Part shown: positions 37,825 through 49,659 of the stretch, one piece after another
Layout of the letters: every line of letters starts with the position of its first letter
Numbering within the stretch: the stretch's first letter is position 1
Source: Marsupella aquatica
Lineage: Eukaryota; Plantae; Marchantiophyta
Assembly: GCA_973895155.1 (NCBI GenBank)
Contig: OZ316897.1
Span: forward strand, 2,805,416 to 2,869,415
Direction: 5' to 3'
Length of the DNA stretch: 64,000 nucleotides
Made by a program: the position numbers and the translations under genes
Notes under the pieces: generated by a model
Seen by the model: only the letters and a program-made list of their open reading frames with translations
What the model was told of the DNA's origin: nothing
The model's database searches: none

Positions 37825-38475
37825 AGGTACGGTGGTTAGCTGTCCTTCAGCGACGAATCATGCTTTCAATCAATCATCAGCACCTACGGGAAGCCGAAGC
37901 AGCTGGGATTAGTGTGGGTTCCTGGAAACATCCAGGAAAGCTGAGCACTAAGAAGTTGCCAAAATTCAGAGACCCGAGACTGTCTGCCTTACTGAAACTC
38001 CAGAGCTAAACCATTGTCTGAGAAACTATTGGACACTCTGTGCTTAGTCGATCGGTTGTGGATGCCTAAATTAATGATGCACAAGCCGCCAGACTGCCAG
38101 TTCATTCACCCTATTCACGGACTCAGACGGAGTCATACAATGCTGTATATATTCAAGGACGGACTATGATATCAATTCAAGGCGAAATTTGTCTGCGATT
38201 GCAGCATGCGCCATATATAAATAATTAATTGTTGCTAGCTGCAGGCCTAACTTGGAACCAATCTCACGGCGGTGGACCGTATTGGGCTCCATGGTGCCTG
38301 CTTGGCTTAATGGATGCTCAGCAATTCTTGCCTCGATCACTATATCGGAACTGGTTATCCTCTTTTTGCATAACATCTCTGACATGAATTGGACAGTTTC
38401 AGATCGAATCCTTTCTCATGGTGACCTATCGACCCGGGGTAACAATGATGTGGACTTGTACACAGTATCTTCATC

Positions 38476-38545
38476 ACTTGCTATGGCCAATTCCAGACTA
38501 GAATTACGTTAGCGCCATTCTAGTCTGGAATTGGCCATAGCAAGT
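38476..38545. repeat. Perfect 29-bp stem, 12-nt loop hairpin
   Basis: ACTTGCTATGGCCAATTCCAGACTAGAAT - TACGTTAGCGCC - ATTCTAGTCTGGAATTGGCCATAGCAAGT. Confidence 0.95.
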
Positions 38546-41500
38546 ACTTCTAATCAATTCTGACAGTAGACGGCTGAATCTTTTTGATGGAACCTGTTAA
38601 CATTAATGTGTCGGAGGGGAAAATAAAGAAATTTTCCATCTCTCATCAACATCTTCATAGCGCAAGCGCACCTTGTCAGGTCGTGCTGATAAACTGTGTC
38701 TTGTCGATTTGTCGATCATTCTCTGAATCACCTCTTTCAGACCTAACGTACTGTGACCCCAAGGACGGTTTCTAGTCTGTTGATATAATCAGAATATATG
38801 ATTCCTTTGGAAGTGTAAAATCTGCCTAGTTTTTCCCAATTCAAGTAGGTCCGTAGTATCCTTGCCTGACCATGCCATTAGATACACAGTTAGTCATCGG
38901 TTGTACCACGATGAAAGTGCCTTTGGATTCAAACTAGTAGTTCACCAAGAGTTTGCCACGATTGCCAGTTCTTCTTTTTTTGTTTATAATATATAAAAGT
39001 CTAGTGACGATCAATATTGGAAAAATGTTAATCGTATATGTTCAAATTACAGTAAACAGAATTGGTCGCACTCCAATTACTGATGAGTCCAACAACCTGT
39101 GATGTGATCATATTTAACGTACTGGCCATTTCATCAAGGTTGGATCATCAAGCTGGATGAGCGATCGATGCTGTGGTAAGTTAGAAAGTTTCTCCGGGCT
39201 AATCATGAAGTTTGCGTGTTCGAAGGGTCACATTGGAGTGGATTGGATGATCTTTGACTAGATCACAAAATTTCAAACCAGAAGCTCGATCATATATGTA
39301 GTACTGACCAGCACCGCTGGACGCTGGTATGATGACAGGAATATCTGTCCAGCACCTGATGGCGCCCAAGGGAAAACGACGTGTTTGTACGTCCTGCACT
39401 TAGCTACTGTGGCTTGCAATCAAATCTGTCTAATTAATTAGGCTACATTCAAGACCGGAGGCTGCTGAGTGAGAACTGCCACTATTCTTTCAATCCATAT
39501 CAGTTCACCAAGTTTTTAAAGAGAGTACTTAATATGAAACTCGATGACCTGGTCTAGCCGTATAAGTGTATTGAATTTATACTGCATCTACTCGTCAAGC
39601 CTGAAAAGAAGGTGCAGTAGCTACAGGTTCTCCTCAATAACTAGGCGTACCTAATCATCTTGCACGTACCGTGCAACTTACTGTAGCTACCTTAAGCTGC
39701 ATTGCAATACAGACTCCTTTAGCGTAGCGTAGACCAGTTCATGTATCTATCCGTTGTCGAGTGGGTGACGATCGAGTGGTACTCGGGTCCCACATGCGTG
39801 CACCAAGATATAGGAGCTGGAAGGTAGTGGATGGGCTTTTAGCAACACATGATGAATGTTGTTTTTGTGGCTTGAGCACTTGAGATGACTCTGCTTCATC
39901 TGAGAAACGCTCTGCTGTCCAGAGCTTCAGTAGTTAATGGTGATCGGGATGGTTGTAAGTTCCGATAGCTAGAATACAGACGACGGAGTGAATTGTAATC
40001 AATCCGGTTCAAGAGCAAGCTGCACAAATGAATTGAATCAAATGGAGGTGTACAATCGTGCATGGGGCCAGTGATGTTGATGTCTTTAACCCAAGCCTTG
40101 CCACTGGTGCTTTTTAAAATTCCTGTTACCATTTCTAGGCGGTAAGGGATTACCATCGACCCGGGTATAAAATAATGTTTTTCGCACTCGAACGAATTGA
40201 AAGGTAACGCTGCCCGGTCGCCTATTTGCGTACCCACACCAACGGATCTATATGTAGACTGGGTACGGGTATATCTCTATCTAGCTCGCTTTTGGCTACG
40301 GACTTCGATTTGAAGTACGTATCTTGGCCCCGCTCCGACCCCCGATTTCTGGATTTTCAGAGACCTGAAGCCCTCTGCAGCAAATCGTTGAGGTGGAGGC
40401 TGCCCTTCGCCAGATTTCTCAACTCACGAACCAACTACTTGTATAGAGTAAATTACAATGTTGTATATACTGGGTCCTCGACAGGAATATACTACACTTC
40501 ACTAGATGACCATTTTCGACCATGTTAAGCTAGTATCAGAGTTACGTGTAACCTTAACGCTGTAGTTTTCTTAGAATGGTCGACTCATCAAATTCCAGGG
40601 TGCTATCTCCATACGTCCTTCCTACAAATGTGAATCATTCATTCAAACTGAAAGTTTAGACAGAAATTCACGGCCATAAAAAAACTGTAAAATCTTCGTT
40701 GCCTAGCTCAGACCTCTGCACCAAGTTTTCCATCCGAGCCGAACGCAGAGCTCCATGGTATTCAGGTCCTCAGCACGGATTCCGGAGCTGTCCTATAGTA
40801 CCTATGCGCAGACGAAATGATCATTGTGGACATGCATGACCGTCTCCTGACATTTGAACGTATGTGGTGTGTCTGGGATACGTCATTGTACCATAAGATT
40901 ATACATAGCACTCGTCCCTTGGCTGGATTTTGACAGGGAAATACGTTGAGACCGCATAATTATGGTACGATCGCAATTGCAGACCGGATTGGCTTTGCCT
41001 TACATCTCTCAATATCTACTGGCTTGACAAACTCGGCTGCTCATGGCCCTCTAAATACGGTATAGATCCGCAACATTCGTACCTAGGTGTCGGGAACATG
41101 CTCCAGTAGAGCTCGGGATACGTTACTAAAAACGTACATCTGTGTCCAGAAATGTTCAAAGAATTGAACTACATCAAAAGAGGGGCTAGCCATCAGATTA
41201 ACGATCTTCTTTAGTTTTTGCATTTTCTTCTCGAAAAGTATTGCTAATATTATTGCTAATATTAAACAGGCACTAAGTGACTGAATGCAAAAAGCGAAGC
41301 TCAATGCAAAAAGCAAATCTTGGATGGACCCAGGGGTTTGCTTGAAACCCCCATGGATTTCCAAAGGTGGGATGGACTGATTCAGAACATCAAAATCTGC
41401 TCACCTATTCAGAACATCAAAATCTGTTTGGATAGTACTTTTTATAGTTTTGACTTGTAGGCTGTGGTTCACGCAAACTACTCAGGGAGTCCTTCATATT

Positions 41501-42389
41501 AGTGAAGTGTCATTTCCCGGTCAGTGGTAAGTCGGTGCTCGTGCTCAAGTATTAAGGGTGTTCTTCACAGAAGTGAAACAGTTGGTGGTTAGTTTGTAAT
41601 ATTTGACCATCTTTGTGTTGATTGGTGATGGACCAAAGGGTTTCAGAAAGAAATGAAGCTTTGTGAGGTAATAGATTGGACATCAGAGAACATGCTAGAA
41701 ACTTGAGATACAAAAGTTGTTTAAATAAATGCATAGGTTTGCTGAAAACTAGCATTTCACAGTTACTTGGTCAAGACACACAGAAAAACTACTTGGGGTG
41801 TCCTCAAAAGCAAAATATAGTTCTTAAGATAGCTAGACAAGGTGCGTTTTGGGTGTAAAGTGAAGAAGTGAGTGTCACAGTCCATGGGATGGGCAAAACA
41901 AACCCCTCCATCCATCCGGGCTTAACTTTTGGGAATGCACAAAACATTAAAACCGTCCAAAACTCACATTCCAAATTTCACTCACATGTTTGTCGGGTGA
42001 GACAATTCATGCAAAGTTATAATGATTATTCTCAGAGAAAATTTAAGGATTAACAAAGGGCAATTTGATTGAATATTCAAACCACTCTTCAACCATTTGC
42101 TGTTTTAATCCTATCTAGAAGGATATATAAGAAATGAATTCAAACAGAAAAGAATGTTGATTTCAATTTCTTGCCTAGCTTCCACAAAATCCCAACACAA
42201 TATTTATTTTTATGGCAATATTTTCATTTCTTGAGCCAATTCAAACAGCCCTACCAAACTTTTGTGCAGGTTCGGTTTGGACAGGTACAGGTATAAAATG
42301 CATTTATATATAGGCCCAAGTCACTTGAGCCTACTTGATAGACGATACTCTTCTTAAAGTAAATGGTCCGGTAACTGCACATCAAAATA

Positions 42390-42668
42390 GGGCATATATG
42401 GTGTCACATAGTTACATACCATAATAAGTTACCTCTTACTTTTTTTTATAAAATAAGTGAGTGCACACCTTATAGTATCACATTTTTGATGTGTGATATA
42501 TGACATATATGGTGTGACATAGTTACATACCATGCACACCTTATAATAACACATTTTTTATGTGTGATATATGACATATATGGTGTCACATAGTTACATA
42601 CCATGATAAACCTCTCTATATTTTTTAAATAAGTGGGTGCACACCTTATAATATTACATTTTGATGTC
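42390..42668. repeat. Degenerate tandem repeat (about 3 units), probably TE-derived
   Basis: Recurrent CATATATGGTGT(C/G)ACATAGTTACATACCAT and GCACACCTTATA.TA..ACATTTT blocks. Confidence 0.75.
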
Positions 42669-44658
42669 TGAATACCGGCGGGGAAAGTAAATAGCCGTGC
42701 ACTTACAGTAGCGTATACGCCGGTTAGAGTATACCACTGGTGTGGGCAGGTACGCACATAATGAATAGAAAAATTCTTAACGTTGTACGTGTATAGAAAG
42801 GTTTACTCGATCGACACCAATCATCCCAGTAACGATGAAGAAGAACGCCCCGGTGGAGCCATTCCGGGCTTTCGTCCAGGGATCCATGATGTATCATCTG
42901 GTGAGAACCTCGGTTTAAATTGACGGAGAGGGCGTAGAAGTCGCAATTGGAAGGGCCCCTGGATAGCTCGCTAGCTTTCGATCGATCATAGATCTAAGCT
43001 CTTCAAGAAAAAAGGTCGACGGCCACGAACCCTATAAAATTCTTACTGGCCTTGAGCATTGAGCGGCGACTTTACCAGAGGAAAAAGTGACACTAGAATT
43101 TTGTTCATAGCTGTTTTGCTCGAGCGTGCACCAAATTTGTGGAGCAACTTCGATGAATTGATGAAAAGCCGTGCACACTAACTTGCACACTAGGTTGGAC
43201 TTCGGCCCAACTACCTGTAGCCGGTAAACCCACCTTGACAGCATTTTCTTATTAATTAGATCTCCATTCTGTGATGAGAATTTCGTTTGTTGCTGATATA
43301 TTGTGACCGTTATCTGGAGTCCATAAATTATTCTTGAAATAATAGCTTCTAAGCTCTTGCTCTTCAGATATCCCAGGGTGCGCATGTGAATCGACATTAC
43401 ACGAAGAGGCTTTTCGGCAGACATAAGTATGCACACTCCGGAAGTTCCAACTGTGCGAGCGCTAGCTCCGGTTCATATTGGTTAGAATCGATGCAGTCTC
43501 ACTAGGAAGCCATCAACTGGCCGGGGCTTTATCCACAAACCAAAGTAGTTAGGTCAGAAAGGTTGGCTTGCGCGGAGGCTAAAGTCGCTGGTCGAACTGA
43601 TCGATCTCTATGTTGAATCTAGTCAGCTCTTACGAAGCTTCTAAAGCTCTCTCATACAAGAGTGAATATAGCCTTGAATGAAAGTATATGAAGCACAGGA
43701 TTAGTCAAAAGGCTAACGTTGTAAGTTCTTCATTTCACAGCATAGTCGCGGACAAGCTTCTAATTTTATTCGAGGCTCTGCGAGATCGAGTAGCCAGTGC
43801 AATGCTTTGGAAGCGCTCGAGGCGTCGATTATATATAAAGTTACTCCATCAAATATTATCGAATTTGAGGGAATGATCTCTTGGCCACTTCCATGTGAAC
43901 CAAGGGCTCCCAAAGCTCAACTCTCTAAAGGGTGAATGTGTAGAGTACCAAGAAATAGATCTCGATCAGAGAAGACCTAAGTCGGGCACTGCCGTCCCTC
44001 TCGATTCCATGACGAGCTAGAACTAAGATTGAGTTCTGTCGTTGGTCCGTACTGTACTATATAGGTTCAAGATTGCTTGTCCATGTGCCTGAAATCTGGC
44101 TCTTGATGCTTGATTGCAGGCCTGATCCGAACACCATTGTAAGTGGACAAGTTAAGAGAGCTGGACCGTGAAGCTCGCTTGGTCGTCCCTTACTCAAAGT
44201 GAGCCACGCTAACCTTCGTCATGGGGGAGTCTCCTTTGTACCAAGTAAGTATAAATTGTAGCTCGAGAAAAAATGTAGATTTAATTTGATCGAATTCATT
44301 TGCATCGTAACTAGTCAAATATCAACACTTGCTCAAGTTTGATCTCCTTCGCTTGCCTTTTTCATGATATCAGATTGAATCTGAGACTGGACCACAAGTC
44401 TTCTCCACAGCCTCCGAGCTCCTGTCCACAATTCCACTTCCTACCATACACACACACGAGACCAAATTTCTTTACTCCAGGCACAGTTTCCAATAAAGTT
44501 CGTTTGTATGACTTACTAGTTGAGAGCGCGCGAGGATTTTAGCCTCGGAAATTAATTGTAAGGGAAAAGAAATTCGTGAGACAACAAGGTGCATACCAAG
44601 AGTTGGCAGTTCTCATCATTGACGTTATCTACTTGAACCGACTCAGGTACCAGAAGGA

Positions 44659-47600
44659 ATGTCTCTCATGGAGTGCCAATATACAAGTGATGGCAATACT
44701 TGTCTTTCTGGGGAGGTGACGTTCAGAAACTCTAAAGAAATACTGGGATACGATAATCTTCGAAATATCTTGCAGTATGCGGGTGACCCCATCTCCGCTC
44801 CTGGAGAGCTCAGTACCGGCAGCACTCTTTTGTTCGACATTGCTCAATCTTCTCAACAGACCGTAGCAGCGTTGAATTACGGAAGCGGCTGCACCTCTGA
44901 CTTTTCAGGATTTTCCCCGGGCCACCACAAGTCTTACGCTACATCATTTTACCGCTGTAGATCTCCAGAAGAGACGGAGAGTACGATACTTCAACCTCCA
45001 GTAGATGAAATCGAAGACCGTCTCAAGATCTGCTCAAGATTGTGGACGCCAGGCATTCTGAAGCCCCCTGCTGATCGAGATCATCTGAAAACGGCATCAT
45101 TGGTGACAGGATCAAAGGCCAAGGATGATGGGATCCTGTATTGCCCGCAGGATAGCGACGAGGCCGCCGCTACAGGAATAGTGATGGAGAAAATCCTACG
45201 TGACCACTTCCAAGCTACGTCAGAACCGAGTTCCTATCCCAGTAAGACTCCCGTCAATTTTTCAGGCAATGATCCGTGTCCAACTTTGCAGGGCATTAGA
45301 GAGCCTCAGGATAGCGCACTTATGGAGAGTATTCTAACTTCAAGCCCACGGATTGAATGCGAAATGAGCGAAGAACGCTCTCCATCCGGGCAGCCTGATC
45401 AATTCGCTCGCATGGTTTCCTCCGAGTTTAATTTAGTGCGGCCAACATTCAGACGACCTCTTGAAGTTGCCTGTAGCGTCCAATTAAAAACTAGCCGAAA
45501 GTGGAACCAGCAAAGGGCGTCTCGTCAAGGCCCAGAGACGTCCTTTAGTGCGCCATCTTGTAAATCTGAGAACAAGCCAGAAAAAAAATGTACAACATTG
45601 ATGACAGACAGGGTGGAGCGGGCCACTAGCCTGCCAAAGCGGAGGAGGCGGACCTGGATCAGCAGGGGTGATCCTTCAGCCGAAACCCAAAGAATAACCC
45701 ACATTGCAGTGGAACGGAATCGGAGAAAGCAGATGAACGATCATCTCTCTGCCCTGAAAGCTTTGATGCCCAGCACGTTTGTTCAAAAGGTAAGCATATT
45801 CTTCTCATTCATACTCAACTTGAAATAGTCTTCACAATCTTGTCTAGAACCTAGAGAACCGGATTTGATCGAATTATTTCACAACATGGTCGATCTTCTA
45901 GCGTAGAGCCACCTTCTTCTCTCATTTCATAACTTACGTAGAGCCACCTTCTTCTTTCAATAGTAGGAAAGGTCACCGTGAGCTTCTCGTTCTGCTACAG
46001 TAGTTTACAATCATGCAATGTTCCGAAGGTATTATGTACGAACTCGCATGAAGTTTCAGCTTTTAAAGTCGATTAGGACGGCACAAACATATACGTATTA
46101 CTCTAGCTGCAAACCTTTTAGAGCCCGGCGCGGAATCGTTCTTTGCCTTCAACCCACTGGAAGCTTGCATGGCGAGAATTTGATGATTTGGAAGCCCCCA
46201 ATGTAGTACTTCCCATTTATATTCTCAATGAATTTCCACCGACACCTCTTGGCATGAGAGTGATCGAGCTCGGCATCAATAACTTTGCACAATCATATGG
46301 ACCAACCAGCTTCTAAACATCAAAGGCACAATTTTGTTTGATATTCTCAATTTAAGCTATCACCATATTTGAATTCTCGAAGTCCTGAAGTCCATCATTG
46401 CTCTGGGCAAGTTATCTGCCTATGTAGGAGCTCTCACATCATCAAACTGGCGTTATATAAGTTAATTAAGGTTCCTTTGATTGTAGAGGTGGTTAGGTAC
46501 TTCGATAAATTGTTTCCCCACCTATACGAGTTCAAGTTACACAAAACTGATATGAACTATGCTGGGCTGGATTTCAACGCAGACTGATCAAGCATCCATA
46601 ATCGGTGGCGCCGTGGAGTTCGTCAAAGAACTGGAGGTGCTTTTGGAATCATTGCTATCAAAACAACGAAGACGAAGTCATGCAGAAATTCTTGGTCCTG
46701 GTTGGAATCGGTTTAATAATATCCACCCTGGGCGACTGCTTTGCGCACCTTATGCAGCTGCAGCAGTTGGATATTCTCCATCAGTTTTATCAGCTAATGC
46801 TACTTTAGAAGACCATACCAGTAGAATGTCATCTAAACGGATAACCATGAGCTCCGAGCTGCTTGCAGTGCTTCCTGAGAATACAAGAGTGACCACTGAG
46901 TTGAGGGCAGAATGCAGATCTACTGCAGCCACTGTGGAGGTGAAGGTTTTTGGGAGTGACGCCATGGTCAACATTACAACTCATCATAGAGCGAAGCAGC
47001 TGGTCAAAGTCATCGTGGCCCTTGAGAGCCTCGACCTCAACATTTTGCATATAAGTGTTACTACAAGCAATAGCACTGTACTCTACACGTTCAATGCCAA
47101 GGTATGAATGTCAATTGCTCGCCCTGATCGATCGACAGTGTGGATGATTGATTAGGAAATGGTTTTGGACTTCATCTGTATACATACTTATAATGTTCAC
47201 TGGAACCATTGTGAATTTGATGCCCCAGCCGATTCGCACGATAGACGTAAGATCAAGAGGTACACGGTGGTACTTATGCTCAGCTTCAGCAGATTTCAGA
47301 CCAAAAACATTGATATGTGCAGTAGTCCCCCATATATTACTATAAGGCGGAAACCGTACGTAAGCGTTGAACCTTCGCTTTTGTAAGTAGTGATCAACTA
47401 AAATAGTTAAAACGAGTCCGAGATGCCAAAAGTCATGTCGAACCAATTCAATTTGTCAAGGCTGTGAGCTTGAAGGCCGTCTCCAGAGTAGCCTCCTGAA
47501 ATCGAATAATCTTCTTTTAGGTGATATGCGACAAATCCATGGCTTCGAACCCGGGTCTTCAAATGGCAAGCTTTTTCAACGTGGACTCAGCGTAAGTACG

Positions 47601-47755
47601 AGTTCCTGACAATGTCATTGACTGCGGACATAATTATGCAGGTGGGACCCGAATGCAGGATGACAGTAAACCACGTTGCGGCTACAATTCAGCAAACGCT
47701 CAGCTCTATTTATGCGAAGCACGTGCATGATGATCTTGATTTTAATCGTGAATAG
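44659..47755 (+). CDS. Group-Ia bHLH transcription factor (SPCH/MUTE/FAMA-like; SMF or SETA type) with C-terminal ACT-like (SMF) domain
   Basis: Exons 44659-45789, 46583-47101, 47642-47755. bHLH: [36 protein letters not shown]|[27 protein letters not shown]-like: [16 protein letters not shown]...[35 protein letters not shown]|[20 protein letters not shown]. The start codon is not verified. Confidence 0.92.
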
Positions 47756-49659
47756 TAGCAACTTTTCTAGCAGTCTAGCATTTCCAACTGATATGGCAGG
47801 TCCGCTGGTAAAGTTAAAGATGGACACTGAAGCAGCTGATGCATGCATGAAGTGATGAATTGGGCTGGATAAGCTCCTCACGGCAGCATATACCATCTTT
47901 TAATTTCTCGAGTGACCGGCCACATATATAATGTGCAGCTCTAGAGTGTTCAGTGATCAGCTCCATCGCTACTAACAGCTAGTGTTCAGACCTAAACGCG
48001 AGCTTTCCAGACTGTAGCTTTAGTTTCACTTTGGTAACTAAAAGTAATTTTCTCGAGACCTCCAGACTGGAGCAATTCAGTAGAAATCAAGGTATATAGA
48101 AATGCAGGAGCTTTTGAATGCATTTGCATCGCAGACCTAGAACTTATCGACCGAAGGATAGCCTCGGTAACATACAAAATGGTACCCATTAGGCTCTGAT
48201 CGAATATGTGCAATGATATCCTGAAGGTACACGTAGGCCAGAGGCATATGATCTCGGCACCATGTGCAGTGCTCCAGGGTCCCTTTATCTAGCAGGAACG
48301 AAAAAATCAACATCTATCGATCAAAAGGGACACAATATAATTGTCTATAAGACGATATGCTATTTAACTCCATGGTCAGGATTGCAGCCTGCTGCCAAAG
48401 TGATAAAAACAGGGATTCATATGATGGCGTTCAATTTGCTTGCAACAACCAATGATCTGCTAGTTAACTCGTTAAATCAGAGCCATTGCCTTCTGATTTC
48501 ATGAAAGGAAAGATCCAATCATGCTGCTAGTGCTGAGCTTTTGATGTCAACAGTGCCCAGCGAGTGTGTAAACTTTGAGGTAGCGTCCGACTAGCTAGGC
48601 AGGCTGGCTGCACAGACAGTATTTTAAATTTACTGCCGGCCTGAGTCCTTTACACGAAGCGACAATTTCATGATTTGATCTCGACGTTGGGCCATGTACT
48701 TATGTACAAACCTGGACGGCACAGCGCTCTACTGAGGAGCTTCACTTTCGAATTCCACCCAGGTTGGGCCGCTGGTTCCATTCATCTTTCCTGAACGTAC
48801 GTTCCCGCACGTCGACTTTGACCATGTATAGAAGTACTCTGACCTTCAAGATCCATGTGTAAGCAGATGAGTGCCCAATGCAGCCTAAAGGAAAGCTCAT
48901 AGTGGTGCACAGTTCCATGATCTACTTGAAGGGTTGTGCGAGCTTGCTTGAAGACCTTCGAGACTGAAAGGGACTGTCTTAAAAGCTTGGCAATTCAAGA
49001 GCATGGACTATCTATCCAAGGGTACTCTGCTACTCGCTCAATTGCTGTTTTGAGTCGCCATTCGTGTCAGAAATGAATTTCTTGTGAAACGTACAGCATG
49101 TACGTACCTTACTCGGATTGACAGACAGCCCAGGGACAAAGATGTTTGACGGAAAAGGAAATCCATTCGCTTTTGAAGCTACGATTGATGCATGGAGCTA
49201 GCCTATCAGGCAGTGTGGTACAAGGAAACTCGCGTCACCAGCGATCGAACCCAGGGGGATGGCATTTTTTTCTGGACTGACTGTCTCTCTAAGCCACTGT
49301 GGTGTTGAACGAAAGGCCTTTCCTAGCTGGCCTGCCACTGCCACCTTATACTTTCTGGAATTCGATTAGCGAGCAGGCTCGATAGCTCAGTACACGCTTT
49401 AGCTATCCATGTCAAGAATGGGCTGTTCCGCAGAAGGAAGCCTGATCGTGATTGAAGTTAGCCCAAGTCATGTACATATAACCGGTAATGATAGCTAGCC
49501 ATTTGTGTGGATGCATGCTCAGCCAGCCTCACATCTCGGTAATGAGGTTAACTAAGGATGAGACGTTTCAGTGCCCCTTGTACAATGAATTATGTGTGCC
49601 TCTGGGAGAGCAGTTAGTCCCGCAGTTAGTTAGTAATTTGTGATTTTTCTCTTTTGGAT

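Noticed and set aside
41200-42260. AT-rich block with short direct repeats (ATTCAGAACATCAAAATCTG x2)
   Set aside because: Likely a TE relic, but no TIR, TSD or coding motif is supportable.
47535-47585. tRNA-like B-box (GGGTTCGAAGCC on the minus strand) in bHLH intron 2
   Set aside because: No cloverleaf or matching A-box could be built; at most a SINE trace.
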